Shown piece after piece: positions 8,704-18,087 of a stretch of 64,000 nt of DNA. The stretch is taken from the IMG/VR virus record IMGVR_UViG_3300009104_001476; one strand, given 5' to 3'. The first letter of the stretch is position 1. Every line of letters starts with the position of its first letter. The notes under the pieces were generated by a model. It did not search any database, was not told the origin of the DNA, and was given only the letters and a program-made list of their open reading frames with translations. Both the position numbers and the translations under genes were made by a program. This stretch comes from a virus.

Positions 8704-9867
8704 ATGGTAATCACCATGAATGAAGAAAGCCAAAATAAAACAACACCTTTAAACGAATATCAATACGGCTCCCCGGACTTAATTGTGCCTGATATTCCTA
8801 TGCCTGCTCCTCCGGAACCTAAGAAAGAAGTCGTAGATAAAGTCGATGGAGCTTTTCGGTTTGCTTTTGTCGGAGCGGGACAAGGCGGCTCTAGGATTGC
8901 AGAGATTTTTCACAAACTAGGCTATCGAAAAATAGCCGTCATGAATACCGCTCAGCAAGATTTAAATTTAATAAAAGTAGAACATAAACTATGCATAGGT
9001 GACGGTGGTGCGGGCAAAGAGCCTTCTGTAGCAAGAAAAAAGTTTGATGAAAGAAAAGAAGACGTTTTTGATTTTCTGAGAGATTCTTTAGGAGAAGGCG
9101 TTGATAGATATTTTATTTGTGCGGGCGCTGGAGGGGGAACGGGCGCGGGGACGGTGATGCCTTTAATTGAAACTGCTTCAGAATTGCAAAAATCTCAAGG
9201 GTCTTCAACCGATAAAGTAGGAGTAATTTTAGCTTTACCAAAAGTCTCAGAAGGGACAAAAGTTAATGCTAATGCTTATCAGGTTTTAGAAGAAGTATAC
9301 AGCGCTGTAGAAAGCGGCTTAGTCTCTCCTTTGGTTGTTGTCGACAACGAAAAAATAAATAAACTTTACCCCGGTCTTGGCGTGGCTCCGTTTTGGCAAA
9401 CAGCTAATATGAGTATAGCTGGACTATTCCATTTGTTCAATAATACTGCTACTAAAGACAGTTCTTTTTCTACTTTTGACACAAACGACTACAAACAGGT
9501 TCTCGATTCAGGCATGATAGTTTTCGGAGCTACCCAAATAATGCAATGGGAAAATCCAAGCGATATAGCTCAAGCAGTTAGAGACAACTTAAAAACTAAT
9601 GTCCTTTCGGGAGGTGTAGACTTATCTACTGGCACTAGCGCAGGAGTAATCATGATAGGGGGGAACGAGGTCTTAAATAACGTTCCTCAGGATCACCTAG
9701 ATAAAGCATTTGAACAATTTACTAGAATACTAGCAAATGGTAGCGTGGTGCATAGAGGTATCTATAGCGGTAACAAAGATAATCTAACAGCTTATACCAT
9801 GATTGGGGGCTTAGGTAAACCTCATGAGAAGCTGGAAGAACTTAAAAAACATGGAGGGCTTTTATAA
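8704..9867 (+). CDS. Tubulin/FtsZ-superfamily GTPase (PhuZ/TubZ/CetZ-like); start may be 8716
   Basis: T1 GAGQGGSRIAE, T3 GAGKEP, T4 GAGGGTGAG, VDNEK, T7-like FDTND; Pro-rich N-terminal extension. Confidence 0.9.
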   Translation: MVITMNEESQNKTTPLNEYQYGSPDLIVPDIPMPAPPEPKKEVVDKVDGAFRFAFVGAGQGGSRIAEIFHKLGYRKIAVMNTAQQDLNLIKVEHKLCIGDGGAGKEPSVARKKFDERKEDVFDFLRDSLGEGVDRYFICAGAGGGTGAGTVMPLIETASELQKSQGSSTDKVGVILALPKVSEGTKVNANAYQVLEEVYSAVESGLVSPLVVVDNEKINKLYPGLGVAPFWQTANMSIAGLFHLFNNTATKDSSFSTFDTNDYKQVLDSGMIVFGATQIMQWENPSDIAQAVRDNLKTNVLSGGVDLSTGTSAGVIMIGGNEVLNNVPQDHLDKAFEQFTRILANGSVVHRGIYSGNKDNLTAYTMIGGLGKPHEKLEELKKHGGLL

Positions 9868-9868
9868 T

Positions 9869-10300
9869 ATGTCAATCGAATTGATAACAATGGCTGCTGG
9901 AGGAATAACCGGCTTTATCTTCAGATACTTAGCTGAACGAGCAAAAGAGAGAGCAGAGATTTATAAAATGGCCTTAGGCATTAAAAAAGCCCAAGACGAT
10001 TCTGCTGATAGAGCGGCTAAGAGGGTTCCAATAGATGCTGGTAAGTGGGTTAGAAGAGCTATAGTTTGCGCTATACTATTTGCAGTTGTTTTAGCTCCAT
10101 TCATTTTATCTTTATTAGGTCATTCTACAATCGTGCAGATAGAGACAGAAGCTCCAACTTGGTTCTTCGGTCTATTTGGGGGAGGCACGGAAGTTTTATT
10201 TGTAGAGATGAAAGGTTACTTAATGGTCCCAGAAGTGAGGCAAGCTTTGACAGCGATCATAGGATTTTATTTTGGGAACGCAGCAGCTAAAACGAGGTGA
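9869..10300 (+). CDS. Membrane protein, putative holin
   Basis: ATG 9869 just after the tubulin stop; N-terminal amphipathic helix plus 2-3 hydrophobic segments (RRAIVCAILFAVVLAPFILSLLG; ALTAIIGFYFG). Confidence 0.5.
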   Translation: MSIELITMAAGGITGFIFRYLAERAKERAEIYKMALGIKKAQDDSADRAAKRVPIDAGKWVRRAIVCAILFAVVLAPFILSLLGHSTIVQIETEAPTWFFGLFGGGTEVLFVEMKGYLMVPEVRQALTAIIGFYFGNAAAKTR

Positions 10301-10328
10301 AATTAAACTGTTATTCGGGCTTTCTATT

Positions 10329-11024
10329 ATGAAGCTATTTATTCTATCTTTACTTGTGCTCATCGGTTGTTTGTCGGGTTGTAAAACAGGAGGATCTTGG
10401 GTTAAGTCCGCCTCTCCAAATATTAAGGTTATCTCGCCAAGCGATTTAATAAAGAACCCGAACGGAACTTTCCGTTTGAAAGATGGCAATACCCTTCCCG
10501 AAAAAGAAAAAGTTACTTCGAAAGAAATACCTCCGCCTAAAAAAGTCAACAAGCCTCAGGTAATTAACGAGCCTCAAAAAACAGAAAATAAAATTGTTAG
10601 CGAAAAAGTTAAGCTTCAGGGCGCGAAATCTAAACCTACCGCTCCAGCTAACTCTAGCGTAAAACCCCAACCTTTTCCTTCTGACCAAGTCAAAGCCTCC
10701 GGAAGCGAGACTGCTTTTGAGCCAACCGTAACTGACATAAGGATGAATATTGTGCCTAAAAATACAGAGCCTAAAGGAAAAGTTGACAAATCAATCGATA
10801 CCGTTATTATAGAGGAAGAAAAAATGAAAATAGATTGGGCAGGATTATTTATGTTTTATTTCATGGCAATTATGATATTGATCATGAGTTGGATGGTTTA
10901 CGACTTAATAAAAGACTTTTTGTACAATAAGAAAAGGAATAAAGAAATAAACCCTTTTAAAAAAGAAGAAGCTAAAAAGCCCCTCTATGGCGCAAAAGGT
11001 CGCAAAAGACGTCGAAAAGAATAA
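10329..11024 (+). CDS. Lipoprotein with a C-terminal transmembrane anchor (unimolecular-spanin architecture)
   Basis: MKLFILSLLVLIGCLSG/C lipobox; Pro/Lys-rich ~150-aa middle; TM WAGLFMFYFMAIMILIMSWMVY; basic tail. Confidence 0.6.
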   Translation: MKLFILSLLVLIGCLSGCKTGGSWVKSASPNIKVISPSDLIKNPNGTFRLKDGNTLPEKEKVTSKEIPPPKKVNKPQVINEPQKTENKIVSEKVKLQGAKSKPTAPANSSVKPQPFPSDQVKASGSETAFEPTVTDIRMNIVPKNTEPKGKVDKSIDTVIIEEEKMKIDWAGLFMFYFMAIMILIMSWMVYDLIKDFLYNKKRNKEINPFKKEEAKKPLYGAKGRKRRRKE

Positions 11025-11046
11025 AAATCATTTCTTATCGTTTCCG

Positions 11047-11080
11047 AGAGTCGTAGTTTTATTTTACGGCTCTTTTTTTT
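11047..11080 (+). terminator. Rho-independent terminator
   Basis: agagtcgtag / ttacggctct hairpin followed by a T-run. Confidence 0.65.
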
Positions 11081-11111
11081 ATGGTGTAATAAAAAAATAG
11101 GATTATTTGTT

Positions 11112-11495
11112 ATGAAATATTTAAAAGAAGCGCCAAGCCACATCTGGACGTTCATACATAAACATACTAACGTAGTTGTCACCGTTTTAATTTGTTTGTG
11201 TTTTTTCTTCTTCTATAAAATATCTAACGACACGAAGCATTACGAAAAATTACATAATCTTCAAATGGAAAACGTAATGCTGTCCAATGAGTTAGGACAA
11301 GCGATTGACATGATCACTGAACAAGGAAGACATGTAAATAAAATAGAAGAGAGTCTAGAGCTGAGAACGCAGCAATTAAATGAAGCTGCAGCGTTTGTAA
11401 ATTTTCTAATCGAGAAGTTAAAGAGTTTAGGAGAATGGCCCCCTAAAGAGGACCCATCCCCAAAACCCGGTAATCCTACCAGAAGCGAAGCTTAA
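11112..11495 (+). CDS. N-terminal TM plus coiled coil, i-spanin (Rz)-like
   Basis: VVVTVLICLCFFFFY TM, heptad-rich helix, Pro-rich C-terminus. Confidence 0.5.
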   Translation: MKYLKEAPSHIWTFIHKHTNVVVTVLICLCFFFFYKISNDTKHYEKLHNLQMENVMLSNELGQAIDMITEQGRHVNKIEESLELRTQQLNEAAAFVNFLIEKLKSLGEWPPKEDPSPKPGNPTRSEA

Positions 11496-11507
11496 GGAAG
11501 GATAACC

Positions 11508-11777
11508 ATGAAAGAAAATGTACGCTTGTATACCAAGCAAAATAGGCATTGGTGGTCTCATGAGAAAAATACCAAATGGGCCATACAAGATAAAGAAGGG
11601 TATTGGTGGCTTGTCGGTGGTTCTGAATTTCCAGAAAAGAAAATAGAAGAAAAAGAAATGAAATGCGGACTTCCTCCAACCTTCGATTTAAAGACTCTTG
11701 TTTGGAGAATATTTCTAGGGGCGCTTATCGGAACTTTCATCGGTATAGTCATAGGTTTAATTATCCTTTCATTATGA
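11508..11777 (+). CDS. Small membrane protein with a C-terminal TM
   Basis: IFLGALIGTFIGIVIGLIILSL; AAGGA upstream. Confidence 0.55.
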   Translation: MKENVRLYTKQNRHWWSHEKNTKWAIQDKEGYWWLVGGSEFPEKKIEEKEMKCGLPPTFDLKTLVWRIFLGALIGTFIGIVIGLIILSL

Positions 11778-12295
11778 GTAAATACATAATATACTTCATA
11801 ATAATTTCTTATTTATCTTTATTTAATATAGGATGTTCTCTTTTTCGTCCAGACTCTTTAAGTAGAGAAGATGGCTACTACACTCAACATCTCCAATCTT
11901 GTGGCCCTAGGGCTGCTCAAAAAGCTATTCAGAATTTAAAGAAGCACGGAGTTTGGGATGAGAGATATATAACCGTTTTAGAGGTAGGCAAAAAAATACA
12001 AAATAATGGAGGTAACGCTTCTAGGCTCTTTTTATCTTTGTTCAACCATAGAACCATGCAAATAACCTTTCCTTACGAGATGGAAAGATTTTTTGAGAAG
12101 GAAGGGTTTAAAGTGTCTCGGGTTAAGTCTTTAAAAGGGTTAGACCCAGAAACAGATACAGCCTTAGTCCTAGTAAGGGGTTCTGTCCTCTCAAAATATT
12201 GGCATTGGGTGTGTTTCCCTACGGATCATTTTATTGAGGACTATTTCGGGAAAGAGACTAAAATCCATATAATTCTGCTGGTTGAAAAAAAGTAA
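11774..12295 (+). CDS. Putative lipoprotein, papain-fold C39-like peptidase
   Basis: ATGA overlap with the previous gene; signal peptide ending NIG/C; QHLQSCGPRAA (Q..CG), later HWV..D. Confidence 0.6.
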   Translation: MSKYIIYFIIISYLSLFNIGCSLFRPDSLSREDGYYTQHLQSCGPRAAQKAIQNLKKHGVWDERYITVLEVGKKIQNNGGNASRLFLSLFNHRTMQITFPYEMERFFEKEGFKVSRVKSLKGLDPETDTALVLVRGSVLSKYWHWVCFPTDHFIEDYFGKETKIHIILLVEKK

Positions 12296-12341
12296 AATTT
12301 TTCTTGTCATTTTTTCATTGGGAGCTATAATGTTCCTGAAT

Positions 12342-12554
12342 ATGAAAAGAATATATATATTAATTGCTGTGTTGTCTATCTTTACGCTAGGCACGGGCTG
12401 TAGTACAACTTGCAAGCTTCCTTCTGTAACTTTAGGAGGAGCAGCAAACCAAAAAGCGCTTATTGGCGCTTCTGCGGGAAAAAAGGGCTTAAATTTAACT
12501 GCACCGTTAGTTAATGTTGACGTCCCTTTCCCTTCTGCTTCTGTTGACAAATAA
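12342..12554 (+). CDS. Small lipoprotein (o-spanin-like candidate)
   Basis: MKRIYILIAVLSIFTLGTG/C lipobox; ~50-aa mature chain. Confidence 0.55.
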   Translation: MKRIYILIAVLSIFTLGTGCSTTCKLPSVTLGGAANQKALIGASAGKKGLNLTAPLVNVDVPFPSASVDK

Positions 12555-12581
12555 TCCAAAAGACTAGAAGCTCTATTATAT

Positions 12582-12620
12582 AACCTCGCACCTGAGACAT
12601 GGTGTGAGGTTTTTTTTATT
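12582..12620 (+). terminator. Rho-independent terminator
   Basis: aacctcgcacc / ggtgtgaggtt stem plus long T-run. Confidence 0.8.
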
Positions 12621-12669
12621 TTTTTTATAATTTTAAATATCTTACCGTATAATTGTCGTGTATTTATAG

Positions 12670-13215
12670 GTGGGGGAAACCCTAGTCTTTATGGATTGCT
12701 TAATATTTGAAAACTCAGGTTTAAATGATAATCATGAGTCTCCCGAGGCAGACGGCCGAGCTCGTCAGCAGGAGGCTATTGATTTTTCTAATTTATTGAT
12801 TGGCCTTTTTGAGGACGTTTGCGAGGACGTCGAAGAGGTCTCTATAGAAGATTTAAAAAAGGTCTATGTCAAAGCTGCTCATAACTGCGAGACTGACAAA
12901 TGCTCGAACATTAACCTTTGGGCTTTAGCTAGAATCAATATGTTTATTAGAATGAAATCTCAGAAAGAAATCAAGCAAACTTCTGAGTCTTCTTTGAAGC
13001 AACCTATATCTAAGATTACCGAGATTCAATTAGAGTCTCCTTTTTTTTATGAAGATTTACAGTCTATCGATATCACAGCAAAATGGGAGCCTTCTCCTGA
13101 AGACTTTTCTTTAGCAGAGCAGTTCATAAATAAGTATGATTTAAAGTTTACCTTCTCAAGTGTTGATGATCTGTATATCGAAGAATACAAACCTTTGGAG
13201 CTAGAGCTCGAGTAA
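12670..13215 (+). CDS. Acidic hypothetical protein of the head module
   Basis: LKKVY...WALARINMF resembles a motif seen in phage head-associated proteins; GTG start uncertain. Confidence 0.5.
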   Translation: MGETLVFMDCLIFENSGLNDNHESPEADGRARQQEAIDFSNLLIGLFEDVCEDVEEVSIEDLKKVYVKAAHNCETDKCSNINLWALARINMFIRMKSQKEIKQTSESSLKQPISKITEIQLESPFFYEDLQSIDITAKWEPSPEDFSLAEQFINKYDLKFTFSSVDDLYIEEYKPLELELE

Positions 13216-13239
13216 AAGCGGTGTAATTATTATTACGTT

Positions 13240-14757
13240 ATGAAAGATTTTAAATTTAAGACAATTTTTAGTTCTGAGGTCAAGCCTTTGGTCTCTGAGG
13301 AGAAAGATGCTTATTTGGCTTTAGCTGCATTGTCTAACATCGGAGACTTAGTCCCAGACGTAGACACTAATAAAAATATAGATTTACTACCCGTAGCATT
13401 TAACGCTTTTGTAGCTAACAGAGTTAATAAAAATCATGACGTTATCAACACTGAGGCTGCTTTATCCATAGCTCATCATTTCGTAAATAAACCTATTAAT
13501 ATTGAACACAGTAGAGAGAAGGTTATTGGTACTATCCTAACAGCAGGTTATAGTGAGTTCGGAACAGACAAGCCTCTTACCGAAGAAGAGGTCAAAGATA
13601 TGAAGGGCCCCTTCAACGTAACCTTGGGTGGGGTTATTTGGAAAACTGTTAATGAGGAGGTTGCGGCTTTGATTGAAGATTCTAGTGATCCTACTAGCGA
13701 AAATTATCTTAAGGTGTCGGCTAGTTGGGAGCTAGGTTTTTCTGATTACCAATTAGTAATGATGAGCTCCGAAGATAAGAATATAGAGAATGGCGAATTT
13801 ATAACGAATCCAAATATTATCGAAGAGTTGGAAAAAAATTTAAAGAGTTTTGGTGGCGACGGTCTGACCGAAGATGGGAAATTCATATATAGACATGTAA
13901 TTGGCGAGATTGTTCCGCTAGGTATTGGTCTAACTGAAAGCCCAGCTGCTGAAGTAAAGGGCATTGTCACCAAAAGGGCAGAAGCCAAAAATGTTGTGGA
14001 AGAGGAAAAGTCTCCCGTGGAGATCGGATCCGAAAGTATTTCACATGAAAAAGAAAAAAATGTAAAAAATAAATACATATCGAGAGATAAAATCATGAAA
14101 ATTAATAGCATTAATGACATCACGGAAGATTCCATGAAAGAAATGTCTGCTTCTGCTATATCGGATTTCATCCGAAAAGAGCTCGAGGACGCCTCCGAGA
14201 AATTTTCTGCTGAGAAGCAGGGAGTGGAAACTGCTCTTAAGGACGCCGAGGAGAAGCACGAGACTCTTTCAAAGGATCACGAAGAACTAAAAAATAATAT
14301 GAAAACTATCCAAGACGAACTAGAAGTTCTTAAAGCTGAAAAGCTTGAGAAAGAACGTCAGGAAGCTTTCAATACCCGCATGGCCTCTTTAGACGAAGAG
14401 TACGAACTTAGCGATGAAGATCGTGAAGTGATCGCTTCGGACATTAAGGACATGAATGAAGAGACTTTTGAGGCTTATTCTAACAAGATGGCCGTTTTAC
14501 TTTCTGCAAAGAATCGTAAGGCTATTGCTGAAGAAGCTTCTCAGAAAGCTGAAGAAGAAGCGAAAGCTTCCGAAGCAGAAGAAAAAAATCTAGCTGAGGC
14601 TGAAACCGCTACCGAAGAGGTAGTCGAAGAAGTTTTAGAAGAAACTGAGCTTAAAACTGAGGTGCCCGTTAGCACTGCTGCCAACGAGCCGACCGTATAC
14701 GAAAAGTATAAGGCCGCGTTCGATATGGACGGTTTTGAGTTTAAATCACATCGTTAA
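13240..14757 (+). CDS. Prohead protease fused to an acidic coiled-coil scaffold
   Basis: INIEH..KVIG and SASWEL protease-type motifs in the N-terminal half; E/K-rich coiled coil in the C-terminal half; upstream of the capsid genes. Confidence 0.75.
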   Translation: MKDFKFKTIFSSEVKPLVSEEKDAYLALAALSNIGDLVPDVDTNKNIDLLPVAFNAFVANRVNKNHDVINTEAALSIAHHFVNKPINIEHSREKVIGTILTAGYSEFGTDKPLTEEEVKDMKGPFNVTLGGVIWKTVNEEVAALIEDSSDPTSENYLKVSASWELGFSDYQLVMMSSEDKNIENGEFITNPNIIEELEKNLKSFGGDGLTEDGKFIYRHVIGEIVPLGIGLTESPAAEVKGIVTKRAEAKNVVEEEKSPVEIGSESISHEKEKNVKNKYISRDKIMKINSINDITEDSMKEMSASAISDFIRKELEDASEKFSAEKQGVETALKDAEEKHETLSKDHEELKNNMKTIQDELEVLKAEKLEKERQEAFNTRMASLDEEYELSDEDREVIASDIKDMNEETFEAYSNKMAVLLSAKNRKAIAEEASQKAEEEAKASEAEEKNLAEAETATEEVVEEVLEETELKTEVPVSTAANEPTVYEKYKAAFDMDGFEFKSHR

Positions 14758-14799
14758 AATTTTATGTTTAACTAAAATTATTAAAGGAAAAAAAATATT

Positions 14800-15363
14800 A
14801 TGGCACAATTATTACCATTTAGAGACTACGACGAGCACGACGTTATCAACCTTTTTGCGTTCGATTACGCCGGGACAACTGTCACTAAGGGCGCTCTTGT
14901 GAAGATTAAATCTAGTGCTGGGTGGAATGTCGCTCAGGAACTTGATCAGTCTAATAGCATGGTTGGCTTTAGCTTAAACAATGTAGTGAGCGATCGCTAT
15001 GCTGTGCAAGCTAGAGTGGATCTTGCTGGTTCAGGCGATAATCCTCTCGGGATGATGCTCTATGATGTAGCAGAAACTGATGAAAATGGCGAAAAGCTTA
15101 TTTATAACCCACGTAAAGCTGCCGAGATGCAGACTACCGTTAGCGGTCAAGCAGTACCAATTCTTACCAAGGGCATCGTCCTTGTTAATGGAGTTGACGG
15201 AACTGTTGCCGAAGGCGGATTAGCCTACTGCGGAACCGGTTCAGCAGACGGTGGAATCACTGCCACCGCTGGTGGAACTAAAAAGAAGATCGGTCGGTTC
15301 TTAGGAACTACCGGAGCGAATGGTGAGGTTCTGCTTCACTTAGACGTCAATATCGATCTCTAA
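14800..15363 (+). CDS. Head decoration/cement protein
   Basis: Between scaffold and MCP; Gly-rich beta pattern; AAGGA RBS. Confidence 0.6.
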   Translation: MAQLLPFRDYDEHDVINLFAFDYAGTTVTKGALVKIKSSAGWNVAQELDQSNSMVGFSLNNVVSDRYAVQARVDLAGSGDNPLGMMLYDVAETDENGEKLIYNPRKAAEMQTTVSGQAVPILTKGIVLVNGVDGTVAEGGLAYCGTGSADGGITATAGGTKKKIGRFLGTTGANGEVLLHLDVNIDL

Positions 15364-15390
15364 TATCATTATTATAAAGGAATTAATCTA

Positions 15391-16524
15391 ATGAAATTAA
15401 AATTAAAAAACACACCTGAACAGGTTGAATTAGTTAAGGCTCTTGGTTCTAAGGATGCGGCTGTGGCAAGGGAAGCTCAAGAAGCTTTCGCTGCCTTTAT
15501 CGGTCCTGTTATCCAAAAGGTTATCAAGCAGTCTGCTACCGCTGGTTTAGTCTACACAGATGTCTCTTATGATGAAGACGATAGTCCAAGCTACCCGTTA
15601 GACTTGTACTATGATCAATCCGCTGGTCATGTGACTGTATGGTCACAAAGCATGGCTGGAGGTTTACCGACCTCGCTGACTGAGGGCGTTAAAGAGCTTA
15701 AAATCTCTACTTACAGACTTGACGCAGCTATTTCTTGGCTTAAGAAGTATGCTCGCAGAGCTCGTTTGGACGTAGTTAGTAAAGCTCTTGAGCGTATGTC
15801 TCAGGAAGTTTTGTTGAAGCAAGAGCGTAACGCTTGGGCTGTCATTTTGAAAGCTCTAGGCAACTCTAGTTCAACTAACTCTGTTGCAGCTAACAATGGT
15901 CACATTCTAGCTACCAATCAAGAAAGCAAGTTCTCTGTTGCTGACATCAGTCGCCTGATGACTCACATGAAGAGAATTAGCGCTTCTTTTGCTAATGGTA
16001 CTGCTGATCCTTCTGACTCTTTTGGTCTTACTGACCTATATGTGAGTCCTGAGGTTCTTGAGCAGATCCGTGGCTTCGCTTACAATCCGCTGAACACTGA
16101 AGGTTCTTCCGTTGGTGTTATGGGTCTTCCCGATGGCGTACGTGAAGGAGTATGGCGTGGTGCAGGAATGAGCGAGATCTATGGCGTGGCTATTCATGAT
16201 CTAGTGGAGCTTGGCTCGAGCAAGAAGTATAATACCTTGTTCAGCACCTTCGCTCAGAACGGAATCGCCCACACGTCTGGTACCGCAATTGGTGCTCAAA
16301 GCACTAACTTTGCTGACGCCGCTGACGAGATCTTGATCGGTATCGACGCATCTAAGGAAGCCTTCATTCGCCCTGTGGCAATGAATGCCGACAATGGTGC
16401 AACCTTTACCGCACTTCCCGACGACCAATTCGCCCAAAGAGCCGACAAGGTTGGCTTCTATGGCGCTATGGAAGAGGGTCGTGTTTGCATCGATGCGAGA
16501 GCTTGTGCAGGCTTGGTCATGTAA
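15391..16524 (+). CDS. Major capsid protein (HK97 fold inferred)
   Basis: 377 aa, strong RBS, GCT/GGT/CGT-biased codons, strong terminator after it, synteny. Confidence 0.85.
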   Translation: MKLKLKNTPEQVELVKALGSKDAAVAREAQEAFAAFIGPVIQKVIKQSATAGLVYTDVSYDEDDSPSYPLDLYYDQSAGHVTVWSQSMAGGLPTSLTEGVKELKISTYRLDAAISWLKKYARRARLDVVSKALERMSQEVLLKQERNAWAVILKALGNSSSTNSVAANNGHILATNQESKFSVADISRLMTHMKRISASFANGTADPSDSFGLTDLYVSPEVLEQIRGFAYNPLNTEGSSVGVMGLPDGVREGVWRGAGMSEIYGVAIHDLVELGSSKKYNTLFSTFAQNGIAHTSGTAIGAQSTNFADAADEILIGIDASKEAFIRPVAMNADNGATFTALPDDQFAQRADKVGFYGAMEEGRVCIDARACAGLVM

Positions 16525-16545
16525 GTTGACAACATTCTCAAACAC

Positions 16546-16575
16546 ACTCGGGGCTTCGGCCCCGAGTTTTTTTTT
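16546..16575 (+). terminator. Rho-independent terminator with a cUUCGg loop
   Basis: ctcggggc TTCG gccccgag + T9. Confidence 0.92.
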
Positions 16576-16633
16576 ATTTTAGGGCTTGGCCCTGTATTAT
16601 GTGTAAAATATTGAGTAAGGTATAAGGTTTTTA

Positions 16634-18076
16634 ATGATGAAATATAGCGTTCCCAGTCATGACGAAGAATATCCAAAACGGCAAGAATCTAGGCAAATAG
16701 GTGTCCCCGGACAAGAGAAAGTAGAGGTTCTTGCTGATGGAACGATAAAGGCTAAAGCTTTTGTAGATAAAGACCATCAAGATCTAGACTATAATTTTGA
16801 CGAAGAAAAACAAGCTCCCTTTTTTCAAAAAAATATAAACGACTCCTTAAAAATCAAATTTGTTCCAAAATCATTTAACGTCTATTATAAGGCTACATGT
16901 AAAAAGATTTTTTCTATAATTAATAGTTTCGGAAAATTCATTAACAGGGTTAAAGAAATTCCTCTCGCTGGGATGGGGCGATACAAACACGCTCATCGTC
17001 TAATACGTAGGGGCATTAAAAAACTTCTTAAAGACAATAAAAGATATATTTTTACAAAAAACGATGTGGGGCGTGGCCCAACAGCAATCCCTTACGTAGA
17101 AAGTAAAACTTTTGGACCTTACAATTATCCAGTTAAATTAAAAGCTAGCTCTGATATAGATTTTATAAGAGACATCATATTAATTAAGACTGGAGGTTTT
17201 ACCGATAGCTCTTCTCCCAACTATGACTCCACGCAAACAGAGGTCGTTTACGTTAGCCCTCATATAGAAAAAAGTTTTTCCGGAGTTTTCCATACCAGTA
17301 CTGGTATCAATTTAAATGGAGACAATAGCATCCAAACTGGACTCGGTTTGGATGATGGCATATCTAGTGGAGTGAGCATTAATCTTTTGTCTTCCGAAGA
17401 TTTTTCAATCCCTAGCGGCTCTTATTTAAGCGGTAGTGGAGCTTACAATCATTATATTTCTAGCGATGCAAATTCTGCTCCTTCTCTACATGTAGAAACA
17501 AACGCTCCATCAAACACCTTATTTAAAGAGTATAACCTAAGTAAGAGAAATTTAAGATTTTCTTCTGATCATTGGGATGGAGTAATTCCAAGCGGAGCTT
17601 GGTTCTCTATAGAGTCTTGGTGTTATAACGATAAATACGTAGGGTTTGATGGTCAAATCGATATAGAACCCGTAGATCAATCCTTAGGGGTTACAATGAA
17701 CGAAACCGTGATAGGTAAAGCAGAAGATTCTCGAGGTTACGCAGAAGCTTATTCAACAGCTGAAAAAAAAGCAGAAAAAGTTTTCTATAAAAAGTTAAAT
17801 AAAAAACTTATGGATAACGGTTTAAAAAACAAAAAGTCAAGATACAAAAAATACGAATACATGATTTACAAAAGCGCTCAAGGTTACTTCGATAAAGAGG
17901 ACCATCAACAGACAAAAGATTACGATTTAAAAAAATCAGCAAACCCGACAGGAGAGAGCTTTGTTTACGTAACGCAAGATCAAAAAACCTCCAGTCACAC
18001 GAATACGAACCGACCAGCTGGCGGTAGCTCTAGTGGTAGCTCCAGTAGTAACTCTGGCGGCAACTCAGGTTATTAA
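16634..18076 (+). CDS. Hypothetical virion-associated protein
   Basis: 480-aa ORF after the MCP terminator with its own GTGTAA; Ser/Gly tail. Confidence 0.55.
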   Translation: MMKYSVPSHDEEYPKRQESRQIGVPGQEKVEVLADGTIKAKAFVDKDHQDLDYNFDEEKQAPFFQKNINDSLKIKFVPKSFNVYYKATCKKIFSIINSFGKFINRVKEIPLAGMGRYKHAHRLIRRGIKKLLKDNKRYIFTKNDVGRGPTAIPYVESKTFGPYNYPVKLKASSDIDFIRDIILIKTGGFTDSSSPNYDSTQTEVVYVSPHIEKSFSGVFHTSTGINLNGDNSIQTGLGLDDGISSGVSINLLSSEDFSIPSGSYLSGSGAYNHYISSDANSAPSLHVETNAPSNTLFKEYNLSKRNLRFSSDHWDGVIPSGAWFSIESWCYNDKYVGFDGQIDIEPVDQSLGVTMNETVIGKAEDSRGYAEAYSTAEKKAEKVFYKKLNKKLMDNGLKNKKSRYKKYEYMIYKSAQGYFDKEDHQQTKDYDLKKSANPTGESFVYVTQDQKTSSHTNTNRPAGGSSSGSSSSNSGGNSGY

Positions 18077-18087
18077 GAGGACTTTAG

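Noticed and set aside
8704-9867. Calling the GTPase ftsZ or phuZ, or inferring a nucleus-forming jumbo phage
   Set aside because: The T1 loop and C-terminus differ from FtsZ; no chimallin or multisubunit RNAP is seen here; subfamily needs phylogeny.
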